Below, in pieces: positions 1 through 8,056 of a DNA stretch of 32,000 nt (position 1 is the first letter of the stretch; the number at the start of each line of letters is the position of its first letter). The stretch is taken from NCBI GenBank assembly GCA_023818895.1, contig JAMWCX010000002.1, forward strand, positions 240,001 through 272,000, read 5' to 3'. The notes under the pieces were generated by a model. That model saw only the letters and a program-made list of their open reading frames with translations. It was not told the origin of the DNA and did not search any database. Source of the stretch: Candidatus Omnitrophota bacterium (GTDB lineage: Bacteria > Omnitrophota > Gorgyraeia > 2-01-FULL-45-10). A program made the position numbers and the translations under genes.

Positions 1-339
1 AATGTCCTTCTGCGAGGCAACCTTCACCTCTGCGGGCAAGACAGAGCCCAGTATAAGAATTGGTGCTGTGATGCCGTGGTCTCTTAAGCGCAGGGCTTCG
101 TCCGTTGTCGCCACGCCGAGGTAATCGACGCCCGCCCTTTCAAGGACCGAGGAGACTTCGACGGTACCGTGACCGTAAGCGTTGGCCTTGACAACGGCCA
201 TGACGTACACGTCTTTTCCGACCAGCCTTTTCACCTGGCGGTAGTTATACTCTATAGCCCGCAGGTCTATTTCAGCCCATGTGGGACGGTGGTGAGTGTG
301 AATGACCCCATCCCTGGTCCTCACTGATATTTCGCGCAC
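1..339 (-). CDS. alr: alanine racemase, N-terminal portion (gene runs off the window start)
   Basis: Not in the ORF track because it is truncated. My translation of the minus strand from GTG at 339 reads VREISVRTRDGVIHTHHRPTWAEIDLRAIEYNYRQVKRLVGKDVYVMAVVKANAYGHGTVEV... RPTWAEIDL and the PLP-lysine motif VVKANAYGHG are hallmark Alr N-terminal motifs. The exact start codon is uncertain. Confidence 0.8.
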   Translation of the reverse strand, partial: MREISVRTRDGVIHTHHRPTWAEIDLRAIEYNYRQVKRLVGKDVYVMAVVKANAYGHGTVEVSSVLERAGVDYLGVATTDEALRLRDHGITAPILILGSVLPAEVKVASQKDI

Positions 340-340
340 C

Positions 341-1009
341 TTACTTCCCTGTGATATCACATTCCCTCGAATATAAATATAACGGCTCTAGGTTCTCTAC
401 CTTGACGAATCTTTTTTTTCTAAACCGCTCAAGCCCTAACCTTCCAACGACTTCGGGTTTAGGATGCCAGGAGGAAACAGGCACTATCGAACACGGCAAT
501 TTCGATGCGGCGCGCTCAGCAAAGTCACCGATAAACTTTACATCTTTATATTTTTTAAGGCCCTCGAGGAGTTCCTTAAGCGGCAGTAGCAGATATCTGG
601 AAAGCCTTTTTACTCTCTTGCCGTCCGAACAGTATATGCAGGCGTATACCTTGTCTTTACGCGCATCCAATACGATACATATTATACCATGTATTCCCAC
701 GCTGGCAGCTGCTATCACGTCCATAGTCGGCACTGCCACTACCCTCTTTTTCATAGCAAAGGCAAGTCCCTTGACCGTAGCGACTCCTATCCTAAGACCA
801 GTGAAGGAGCCTGGACCTACGCTTACGGCAAAACCACCAATATCGAAGATTTTAAGCCGCGCCTTCTTTAGGGCAGAGTCTATCGCAGGCATAAGTAAAC
901 TGGAATGGCTTCGCGGCGCTTTTCTATGGATGCGAGAGGCTACCCTCTCACCGTCCATTACGGCAACGCTAAGATAATCGGTCGAAGTATCTATAGCTAA
1001 CATCTTCAT
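341..1009 (-). CDS. tsaB: tRNA t6A biosynthesis protein TsaB (YeaZ family)
   Basis: 222 aa. MKMLAIDTSTDYLSVAV N-terminus and GPGSFTGLRIG motif are typical of TsaB. ATGA overlap with tsaE. Confidence 0.85.
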   Translation of the reverse strand: MKMLAIDTSTDYLSVAVMDGERVASRIHRKAPRSHSSLLMPAIDSALKKARLKIFDIGGFAVSVGPGSFTGLRIGVATVKGLAFAMKKRVVAVPTMDVIAAASVGIHGIICIVLDARKDKVYACIYCSDGKRVKRLSRYLLLPLKELLEGLKKYKDVKFIGDFAERAASKLPCSIVPVSSWHPKPEVVGRLGLERFRKKRFVKVENLEPLYLYSRECDITGK

Positions 1010-1419
1010 CGTTTCTTGATCTCTATCTTTCTCTTGTTCTCTCCCACCACACTTAATCTAACTTCTATATATTTTGCCGGCAACAGCTCTCTTATCTTAT
1101 CTGCCCATTCTATCACCGTAACGCCGTCGCTGTAAAAGTACTCTTCGTAGCTTTCCGCGTCCAGGACGCTCGTCTTGTCGGGGCGGTAAAGGTCAAAATG
1201 GTAGAGCGGAAGCCTCCCTATGTATTCCTTTATGATGACAAAAGTCGGGCTATTCACATAACGCGGGTTCTTAACCCCTAGCCCCTTGGCTATACCTTTT
1301 GTAAAGACCGTCTTACCGGAGCCGAGATCGCCTATAAGAGCTACCACATCGCCTTTTTTAAGAGTGCGCGCAAGGGCAGCTCCCGCCTCGATTGTGTCTT
1401 TCACGCTTTTTGATATCAT
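1006..1419 (-). CDS. tsaE: tRNA t6A biosynthesis ATPase TsaE (YjeE family)
   Basis: 137 aa. P-loop GDLGSGKTVFTKG, SPTF motif, family-typical length, adjacent to tsaB. Confidence 0.85.
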   Translation of the reverse strand: MISKSVKDTIEAGAALARTLKKGDVVALIGDLGSGKTVFTKGIAKGLGVKNPRYVNSPTFVIIKEYIGRLPLYHFDLYRPDKTSVLDAESYEEYFYSDGVTVIEWADKIRELLPAKYIEVRLSVVGENKRKIEIKKR

Positions 1420-2334
1420 CTAAAAATGCAGATATCCTTTTTTATCCAACTTTTTGATACGGCCGCTTCTTGTGATAAGCGTGTAACCGTACTTTTCCGG
1501 CATAATCTCTCCGATCAGTGTCAGAGGCGTCCTCATGAGCCCGGCGGAGGCGAGCGCAAATAGGCGCCTGGCCTCTGAAGGCCTCATCGTAAATAGAAGC
1601 TCGAAATCCTCGCCGTCTGAAATGGCTCTTTCGAATGAGCTGGCATCGCGCGAAACAGGTATAAGGTCCTGGCTTATCCTGGCGCCGACGCCGCTTGCCT
1701 GCAGGACACGCCAAAGATCAATCGCGAGCCCGTCACTTATGTCTATCATCGAGCTTATCTTAAATTTTTTAACAAGCGTCCTGGCCTCCGCCACTCTTGG
1801 CAAAAACCTCAGGTGTTTGAACTTATGCGCACCGCCTATAGTGCCGGTCACCATGATAAGATCGCCTGGCCTGGCGCCGTTTCTTGTCACAAGATTTTTT
1901 CTTTCGACTTCGCCTATCAACGAAACATCCATGACAAGCCTCTTCGAGCGACAGGTATCGCCGCCGACAAGGTTGACGCCGAACTTCGAAGCAAGCGCCC
2001 TAATACCTTCATAAAGACCCTGCGCGAATGATACTGGAAGCTCCGGATCTATGGCTGCCGAGACTACGGCGTATCTCGGCAGGCCGCCCATTGCGGCTAT
2101 ATCGCTTATATTGCGGCCGAGCGCTTTCCACCCTATCTGGAAAGGCGTAGCCTCTTTTCGCCTGAAATGGACGCCCTCAATGAGCATATCGCAGGTGTAA
2201 AGAAGATATTTTTCGGAAGTCCATTTTATTACGGCAGCGTCGTCGCCGACGCCCCTGACTACGGACCTGTCAAGACAAATCCCTCTGGAGATTCTCTCGA
2301 TAAGTCCTGTCTCACCGATATCTTTTATCTTCAT
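1420..2334 (-). CDS. thiL: thiamine-monophosphate kinase
   Basis: 304 aa. N-terminal GETGLIERI...GDDAAV, PurM/AIR-synthase-like GGDT motif, ThiL-like length. Confidence 0.85.
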   Translation of the reverse strand: MKIKDIGETGLIERISRGICLDRSVVRGVGDDAAVIKWTSEKYLLYTCDMLIEGVHFRRKEATPFQIGWKALGRNISDIAAMGGLPRYAVVSAAIDPELPVSFAQGLYEGIRALASKFGVNLVGGDTCRSKRLVMDVSLIGEVERKNLVTRNGARPGDLIMVTGTIGGAHKFKHLRFLPRVAEARTLVKKFKISSMIDISDGLAIDLWRVLQASGVGARISQDLIPVSRDASSFERAISDGEDFELLFTMRPSEARRLFALASAGLMRTPLTLIGEIMPEKYGYTLITRSGRIKKLDKKGYLHF

Positions 2335-3371
2335 GGCCTTTTAAGCCTTGCGAGGCTCTTCTGGTAAGGTTTACGAAAAATGCCTTTTTCCGTGACTATC
2401 GCCGTTATGAGGCTGTTCGGCGTAACGTCAAAGGCGGGGTTATATACTTTCACTTCGGCCGGCGCGACATGAGAACCCATTATGGTCCTTACTTCGTTGG
2501 CATCGCGCTCCTCTATAGGGATATCGCATCCTGTTCTTATATTAAAATCGAACGTCGAGACGGGTGCGACAACATAGAACGGTATCTTATGGTATTTAGC
2601 TAAAACCGCCACATTGTAGGTGCCTATCTTGTTGGCCGCATCACCGTTTGCGGCGATTCTGTCGGCGCCGACAAACACTTTATCTATTTTACCTTTCGCC
2701 ATCAGGCTTGCCGCCATGTTGTCGCAGATGAGCGTCACATCGATTCCCTCATGCATCAGCTCCCATGCGGTCAGACGCGCTCCCTGCAGGAGCGGCCGCG
2801 TCTCGTCAGCATAAACCTTGATATGTTTCCCCTGCCGCTTGGACTCGAAGAAAACGCCTAAAGCCGTGCCGTAGTCCGCTGTGGCAAGACCTCCGGCGTT
2901 GCAGTGAGTCAGTATGGTATCGCCGTTTTTCACAAGACTTGCGCCGTATCGCGCCATCGCCCTGCAACTTTTCTTATCTTCGTCGAGGATCCTGAGCGCC
3001 TCTTTAAGAAGGATCTTCTTTATAGTGGCAACCGGCTTGAAACTGTTGGATTCCGCAAGGCATTCCATCCTCGAAAGAGCCCAGAAAAGATTCACCGCCG
3101 TCGGCCTTGACGAGGCGAGATATTTTATTTCTTTGCGCAGTTCTGCGAGGAATTTCTCGAAAGTATCCGCTTTCGAATTATTCGCGGCAAGCGCCACGCC
3201 GAGAGCCCCGGCTATCCCTATTGCCGGCGCACCGCGTATCTCGAGGCGTTTTATAGCCTTCCAAAGCCGGGGGACGCTCGCGCAGTCGATGAACTTCACC
3301 TTTCGCGGCAAAAGCGTCTGGTCGATGTATCTTATCTTGCCGTTCTTCCATGTTATAGTCTCTACAGGCAT
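2331..3371 (-). CDS. mtnA: S-methyl-5-thioribose-1-phosphate isomerase (eIF-2B-like family)
   Basis: 346 aa. W.NG.I.YIDQTLLP N-terminus and GADRIAANGDAANKIGTY motif are characteristic of the MtnA/eIF-2B family. ATGA overlap with thiL. Confidence 0.8.
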   Translation of the reverse strand: MPVETITWKNGKIRYIDQTLLPRKVKFIDCASVPRLWKAIKRLEIRGAPAIGIAGALGVALAANNSKADTFEKFLAELRKEIKYLASSRPTAVNLFWALSRMECLAESNSFKPVATIKKILLKEALRILDEDKKSCRAMARYGASLVKNGDTILTHCNAGGLATADYGTALGVFFESKRQGKHIKVYADETRPLLQGARLTAWELMHEGIDVTLICDNMAASLMAKGKIDKVFVGADRIAANGDAANKIGTYNVAVLAKYHKIPFYVVAPVSTFDFNIRTGCDIPIEERDANEVRTIMGSHVAPAEVKVYNPAFDVTPNSLITAIVTEKGIFRKPYQKSLARLKRP

Positions 3372-3374
3372 TCC

Positions 3375-4478
3375 TTACCCCCACACCATTTTGGTCAAAA
3401 TATTGCGCCTGATCGAAATCGCCCGGTACGGACAGACCTCCTGGCAGCACAGGCACCTGACGCACTTTTTATAATCTATCCTGCAATGGTTTCGCTCGAC
3501 AGTGATAGCATCAACAGGGCAGGTCTCACCGCATAGGCCGCACCTTTCGCAAAGGTCTTCATTTATCCACGGCTTAAATCGTATGAACGAAGCGAGCGCG
3601 TTCACGACCGCCCTCGGTATAACCTTAAGAGGCGTTGTCTGGGGAAGCCTAAAATCTTTCGAGATAAATTCATCTATCGCCTCCCCCGCTATCTCTATGC
3701 GCGCAAGGTCCGCTTCACCCAGACCCGCCTCATAGGCGGCCTTGGTCAGGAGGATGTCGAGAGGATTTAGTCCTACGATCTTAGCCACACAGGCGTCGAT
3801 AGCGACGGCGTCCGGGCTTGCCATTACAAGCTTCATCGACTTAGGATCGCCGGCAGCCGGCCCGTCTCCATCCATTGCCACGATACCATCCAGAACTGTC
3901 AGGTGCGGTTTTGCTATCGAAAAAACCTTCGCCAGTATCTTGACTAAGTCCTCCTCTCTCGGCGCCCTCGAATGGGTCTCGGCCTTGTAAAGGCCGGTGA
4001 CCGTTCCAAACATGTTCTTTATCCCAGCCGTAAGCACAGTTATGGAATGGGTTTTGAGTTTCGGCAACGATATGATCCGGTCGCAGTCGAAAACATAATT
4101 AGTTATCGGTATGCCCTCAATAAATCGCGAAGATGTGAACTTGACCAGCCCTATTCCTTCCTCTTTGGCTACACGCCTTATGCCGGACTTCTCGAATATC
4201 GCCTCTATATTCTTGCCATAGCCTCCTGGTGCGTCGCCTATAACAGGTTCACCGCCGGCGATCTTCACAAGTCTCGCTACGACGCGCACCACTTCCGGAT
4301 GGGTATCTACAGCATCTTCTGGCGGCCGCTCTGAGAGAAGATTCGGCTTTAAAAGCACCTTCATCCCCTGTTTTACGAAACTTCCGATTCCACCGACAAG
4401 ATCGACGGCCCTCTTGACGGACTCGTAAACGGCGTCAGGATCGTAAGAAGCACATCTGATAAGAGAAACTCTGGCCAT
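3375..4478 (-). CDS. DUF362 domain protein with C-terminal 2x[4Fe-4S] ferredoxin motifs
   Basis: 367 aa. DUF362-like N-terminus (MARVSLIRCASYD...). Two CxxCxxCxxxCP motifs (CERCGLCGETCP, CVRCLCCQEVCP). Confidence 0.75.
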   Translation of the reverse strand: MARVSLIRCASYDPDAVYESVKRAVDLVGGIGSFVKQGMKVLLKPNLLSERPPEDAVDTHPEVVRVVARLVKIAGGEPVIGDAPGGYGKNIEAIFEKSGIRRVAKEEGIGLVKFTSSRFIEGIPITNYVFDCDRIISLPKLKTHSITVLTAGIKNMFGTVTGLYKAETHSRAPREEDLVKILAKVFSIAKPHLTVLDGIVAMDGDGPAAGDPKSMKLVMASPDAVAIDACVAKIVGLNPLDILLTKAAYEAGLGEADLARIEIAGEAIDEFISKDFRLPQTTPLKVIPRAVVNALASFIRFKPWINEDLCERCGLCGETCPVDAITVERNHCRIDYKKCVRCLCCQEVCPYRAISIRRNILTKMVWG

Positions 4479-4480
4479 TA

Positions 4481-5524
4481 CTAATACACTCCCATCTGCT
4501 TGACCAGAAATACCATCCCAACCATGCTCAAGTTGTGTATCATATGTACTGTTATGGAGGATACCAGAGTCCCTGTCTTCTCATACAAATACGCTAGAAG
4601 CATGCCGAGAGCCAGTATCGGAAAGAATCCGACCGCATGGGCGTGAAGGGCAGCAAAGGTAGCGGCGCTTATCAAAGTGGCTCCGAAGATGCCGATATAC
4701 TTCTTGACGGCGTTGTACATGAAGCCCCTGAAGAAAAGCTCCTCTACCACCGGCCCGGCGATAGCCGCGAACAGGCTCGTGTAGACAAGGAAGGGGGCGC
4801 TTTCTTCTTTCAAGAAAAGCTCCACCACTGCCTGTTTTTCCGGAACATACTTTAAGAGATTTGAAATAAAAGCTATGACGACAAGAAGCCCCACCAGTAC
4901 CGGTATTATCGCTATATAGCCGACCAAGCCGTAAAAGACATTCCTTGAGAAATTCTTCAACGAAAGCCCCAGTGAAGATATCTTCTCCTTGTATTGCCCT
5001 ACAGTAAAATAAAATATGAAAAATACAGCAAGTATATCAAGTATTGAAGAGTTGAGTATCATCCTAAAATTATCATCTTTTAAGAGAGGGAATATTCTCG
5101 ATAGAGAAGCTTCTATTATAAGAATAATATAACCGAAGAACAGGAATAATATAACAACCCTGCAGACATCCCATAAACCCCACCGTATCATGCGAGGCCT
5201 AAAGGTGCTTATCTCAAGTCTATTTCCTACCAACTTTGAAAAAATGAGCATCGCATCCACCACAAGACCCAGGCATATCAGGAGAAGAAAAAGAAGCGAG
5301 ACCATTCCTACTATAATCGCAAGATCCCTATTGGTGTCCAGAATTTCCCGAACCTCCTGTTCTTTGACAAATAACTCCTGCCTTTGCCGTTCCGATTTTT
5401 CGGCATTGGCGGAGCGTGCCCTGTCTTCGCCCGGCATCATTACCACGGCAGTCATGAGAAGAACGAATATCAAAAGAAGTATATACATTCGCTCCTGTCT
5501 CAAGAACCCTAAAAATCTTCTCAT
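4481..5524 (-). CDS. CPBP-family intramembrane glutamic endopeptidase (CAAX protease-like)
   Basis: Multi-pass hydrophobic protein with CPBP motifs EELFFRG, FAALHAH and HMIHN. The ORF-track start at 5587 would overlap the upstream gene by 67 nt. The ATG at 5524 gives an ATGA overlap with the tatD stop, so I moved the start there. Confidence 0.75.
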   Translation of the reverse strand: MRRFLGFLRQERMYILLLIFVLLMTAVVMMPGEDRARSANAEKSERQRQELFVKEQEVREILDTNRDLAIIVGMVSLLFLLLICLGLVVDAMLIFSKLVGNRLEISTFRPRMIRWGLWDVCRVVILFLFFGYIILIIEASLSRIFPLLKDDNFRMILNSSILDILAVFFIFYFTVGQYKEKISSLGLSLKNFSRNVFYGLVGYIAIIPVLVGLLVVIAFISNLLKYVPEKQAVVELFLKEESAPFLVYTSLFAAIAGPVVEELFFRGFMYNAVKKYIGIFGATLISAATFAALHAHAVGFFPILALGMLLAYLYEKTGTLVSSITVHMIHNLSMVGMVFLVKQMGVY

Positions 5525-6888
5525 CCGACTACTCCTAAAAATCTCGGTCTGAATTTCGCGCCAAGAGATTTCGCTATCTCTTCGCACTTTTTCATGTCAA
5601 CTCCCGCCAGGTCAAGGCATGTAACTTCCACCTCCATGCCTGTGGCAACGCAATCCTTTATGAAGCTCTTGATCGCTTCATAGGCTCCGGCAAGCTGGGG
5701 CTTACAATACCTATCATACAGTTCTTTTGTATCGGCATTGAGGCTTACCGACACTCTGTCGATCAGGCCGCAAAGCTCTTTAGCGATCTTCCGGGAATTT
5801 ATAAGGTCGCCATGGCCGTTAGTTACCATCCTAACCTTGACATTCATTTTCTTCAGTTCAGACGAGACCGCCTTTACGACATCCAGCCGTAAGGTCGGCT
5901 CGCCGTAACCACAGAAGACTATCTCCTTATAACGCTTTGGATCTCCGACTGCCTTAACAAGTTCGTCGGCCGAAGGCTCCCTCTCAAGTTTGAGGTTATG
6001 GCCTTTTACAAAATCTGTCTTAGCGCGTATACAAAAGTCACAAGCGTTGGTGCAACGGTTCGTGATATTAAGGTAGAGCGAATCACGTATTCTATAGGCA
6101 ATCGTAGGCGCCTCGCCGACGCCCAGTTTAAAGAGCCTGTTGGCATTATGGGTTGTTATCCTCTCGACGTCGTTCTTGGAAAGGCCGAGGAGGCTGCTCC
6201 ATTCCTCTACCAGATAAGAAAGATGCGCAGGTTCGTTACGCTGCCCCCGCACGGCTTGCGGCGCCAGGTATGGCGCGTCGGTCTCGAGGAGCAGCCTTTC
6301 GACGGGCATCGCCTTGGCGACCTCTCTTAAGGCGCCGGCGTTTTTGAAGGTCAGGTTGCAGGTGAATGATACGTACAGTCCGACGTCGAGGCATCTTTTG
6401 AGGAAATCCGCATCCCCGGAAAAACAATGCATGACGCCACGTGCCTCTTTAGGCCATTCTTCTTTCAACACCGCGAGGATCTCCTCCTCGGCTTGTCTAC
6501 CGTGCAAGACTAAAGGTAGATTCAGGTCACGGGCAAGGCGTATGAATTTCTTAAACACAGCAATCTGCGCCTCTTTAGGAGATAGGTTCCGATAATAATC
6601 GAGACCCACCTCGCCTATAGCCACGATCTTTCTTTCTTCTTTGCCAAGCGACCTGAGTTCAGCTATGACTTCGTCCGTCACGGTCTCGGCATGGTGAGGG
6701 TGGACACCGAGCGTGGCATATACCTGCGGATATCTTTTGGCAAGCTCAACCGAACGGCGAGTGCCTTCGACGGAACTTCCGATATTTACTATCTTTTCTA
6801 CGCCTGCCTTAAACGCCCTATCCAAAACGACATCCCGATCTTCGTCAAATTCATGAAAATCAAGATGACAATGGGTATCTATCATCAT
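5521..6888 (-). CDS. TatD-family metal-dependent hydrolase fused to a TatD-associated radical SAM domain
   Basis: 455 aa. Residues 1-256 (nt 6121-6888) carry TatD motifs: MIDTHCHLD, GEVGLDY, HCFSG, ETDAPYL. Residues 262-455 (nt 5524-6105) carry the radical SAM motif CTNACDFC (CxxxCxxC, nt 6031-6054) and GYGEPTL. Confidence 0.8.
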   Translation of the reverse strand: MMIDTHCHLDFHEFDEDRDVVLDRAFKAGVEKIVNIGSSVEGTRRSVELAKRYPQVYATLGVHPHHAETVTDEVIAELRSLGKEERKIVAIGEVGLDYYRNLSPKEAQIAVFKKFIRLARDLNLPLVLHGRQAEEEILAVLKEEWPKEARGVMHCFSGDADFLKRCLDVGLYVSFTCNLTFKNAGALREVAKAMPVERLLLETDAPYLAPQAVRGQRNEPAHLSYLVEEWSSLLGLSKNDVERITTHNANRLFKLGVGEAPTIAYRIRDSLYLNITNRCTNACDFCIRAKTDFVKGHNLKLEREPSADELVKAVGDPKRYKEIVFCGYGEPTLRLDVVKAVSSELKKMNVKVRMVTNGHGDLINSRKIAKELCGLIDRVSVSLNADTKELYDRYCKPQLAGAYEAIKSFIKDCVATGMEVEVTCLDLAGVDMKKCEEIAKSLGAKFRPRFLGVVG

Positions 6889-6898
6889 AATAACGATA

Positions 6899-6927
6899 AT
6901 TATATTCTATAAAGGCTTCAAATGCAA
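6899..6927 (-). promoter_or_regulatory. candidate sigma70-type promoter of the tatD-led operon
   Basis: Minus strand reads TTGCAT (6927-6922), 17 nt, TATAAT (6904-6899). The ATG at 6888 lies only 10 nt past the -10 and has no Shine-Dalgarno. Confidence 0.4.
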
Positions 6928-6940
6928 GGCTGTAAGGCCA

Positions 6941-6981
6941 ACAAAAAGAGGTCATGCCCCCTTTTTAGGGATTGACCTCTT
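6941..6981 (-). terminator. rho-independent terminator after the 238-aa gene
   Basis: Minus strand reads AAGAGGUCA[AUCCCUAAAAAGGGGGCA]UGACCUCUU followed by UUUGUU. Nine-bp outer stem with inner CCCU/GGGG pairing. About 30 nt past the stop at 7014. Confidence 0.6.
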
Positions 6982-7013
6982 ATCACGCCAAGCATTATTT
7001 TAGACACAACGCC

Positions 7014-7730
7014 TCACGCCGCCTGCGCATCGGCCTGAATGGTAGCCGATCTTACCTCCTTTAATATTTCGCCGTTTGGATTATATATGACCACCGAAAC
7101 AAGGCCTCCTGTTTCGGGATCGGAGTCGTCATACCAATACGCCGAAGCGTAGCATTTCTTATAATGGATTTTTTCCGTCCCAGGATAATAGACGTATTCG
7201 TATGCCACAGCCCCTTCCATATCCGGCCAAGCCCTCACCGCCTTATTGACCCTCCCGCAAAAAGAGCTTCCTGGCCCCCAATAATCCCCTGCGATGTCGC
7301 TATCAGTCAGCACCTCATCATCCATATAATGGTAATAGACATTGCCTTCCGTGTCAGGCACAGCCAGTCTCATACTCTGACGGTGGTTTGTCTCATCATT
7401 ATAAAATGTAAAGATAGCGGCGAATCTGGCCCAATCGGTATCCTTAAAATACACCACGCTTTTGAACCGGCCGGCTACCGGGTCGTAATAGGAATATGTG
7501 TATGAGGTGCCGAGCGAAAAATTTATTGATTTATCCGGCCGCGGTGGCGCCACATCCATAAAATGCACATAATCGAGAGGGGTCCCACAGGCATCTATTA
7601 TTAATTGCGACTGGATATTACCGTTGGGATAACGAGTGTAGCAGATATTTGTGCCGGCAATAACGGAATCCTTTATCCTTAAGCCAACCTTATTGGTAAG
7701 TCGCGCAAATATTCCGAATACCGGTTTCAT
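7014..7730 (-). CDS. hypothetical Tyr/Asp/Trp-rich protein with YD-repeat-like segments
   Basis: 238 aa, AGGA about 9 nt upstream of the ATG, own terminator. No signal peptide evident. Segments YSYYDPVAGRFKSVVYF and YWYDDSDPETGGLVSVVIYNPNGEI resemble the YD/RHS repeat pattern (YxYDxxGR[LIF]). Function unknown. Confidence 0.6.
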   Translation of the reverse strand: MKPVFGIFARLTNKVGLRIKDSVIAGTNICYTRYPNGNIQSQLIIDACGTPLDYVHFMDVAPPRPDKSINFSLGTSYTYSYYDPVAGRFKSVVYFKDTDWARFAAIFTFYNDETNHRQSMRLAVPDTEGNVYYHYMDDEVLTDSDIAGDYWGPGSSFCGRVNKAVRAWPDMEGAVAYEYVYYPGTEKIHYKKCYASAYWYDDSDPETGGLVSVVIYNPNGEILKEVRSATIQADAQAA

Positions 7731-7772
7731 GGCGGAATTCCTACAGTTTTAAAATCTATTAACTTACGCCTG

Positions 7773-7817
7773 AAAAAAATTGCCCGGTCACCGTTTTTTT
7801 TGCTTTCGGTAACCAGG
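7773..7817 (-). terminator. intrinsic terminator acting as the expression platform of the upstream aptamer
   Basis: Minus strand: CCUGGUUACCG (7817-7807), 13-nt A-rich loop, CGGUGACCGGG (7793-7783). That is 11 bp including 2 G-U pairs, followed by CAAUUUUUUU (7782-7773). The 5' arm is the conserved 3' block of the aptamer, so the two folds exclude each other. Confidence 0.6.
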
Positions 7818-7920
7818 CTGTCTGAAGAATCAGATCCTTGGCTTTGCTACGGCCTTTCTTTCAGGCCGCAATCCCTTTTGGGATGTCCCCATCTCGCGAT
7901 GGGTTTGCCTTTTTCGAAGC
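7802..7920 (-). promoter_or_regulatory. candidate c-di-GMP-I (GEMM-I)-like riboswitch aptamer with a 37-nt insertion
   Basis: Minus-strand RNA: GCUUCGAAAAAGGCAAACCCAUCGCGAGAUGGGGAC[AUCCCAAAAGGGAUUGCGGCCUGAAAGAAAGGCCGUA]GCAAAGCCAAGGAUCUGAUUCUUCAGACAGCCUGGUUACCGAAAGC. Three blocks match, in order, the conserved cores of the V. cholerae Vc2 aptamer as I recall it: GGCAAAC plus a 6-bp hairpin with a GNRA loop plus GAC; GCAAAGCC; AGCnnGGUUACCGA. A P1 pairing GCUUCG/CGAAAGC and a P3 hairpin are possible. A TATATAAT -10-like element lies at 7931-7924 just upstream. Confidence 0.5.
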
Positions 7921-7983
7921 TCGATTATATAATCCAGAAAATTTAGAAAACTCTTCAAACTTTTTTATGGATTAACAATTCAG

Positions 7984-8017
7984 AAAATAATAGGGGCGGA
8001 CATTACCATACCGCCCC
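7984..8017 (-). terminator. rho-independent terminator of the giant gene
   Basis: Minus strand: GGGGCGG (8017-8011), 11-nt loop, CCGCCCC (7999-7993), then UAUUAUUUUCUG. Forty nt past the stop at 8057. Confidence 0.7.
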
Positions 8018-8056
8018 TTATGATTACCTTATCTTTAGCCTGAGATGCTGTGGTCC

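Noticed and set aside
351-977. 208-aa plus-strand ORF antisense to tsaB, and similar long plus-strand ORFs at 2914-3474, 1535-2014, 11477-12016, 16840-17484, 27759-28337 and 27971-28579
   Set aside because: All lie opposite minus-strand ORFs with unmistakable conserved-family motifs. Their translations are low-complexity (Ser/Leu/Arg/Pro-rich) with no recognisable motifs or RBS. These are shadow ORFs.
5525-5587. Upstream start (5587) for the CPBP protease, overlapping tatD by 67 nt
   Set aside because: The ATG at 5524 forms the ATGA stop/start overlap used repeatedly in this window. The extra 21 residues are hydrophilic and add nothing recognisable.
7931-7975. Full sigma70 promoter (TTGAAG as -35) for the riboswitch leader
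   Set aside because: TTGAAG lies 20-21 nt from the TATATAAT -10-like element, which is too far for a canonical promoter. Only the -10-like element is mentioned and the true start is unknown.
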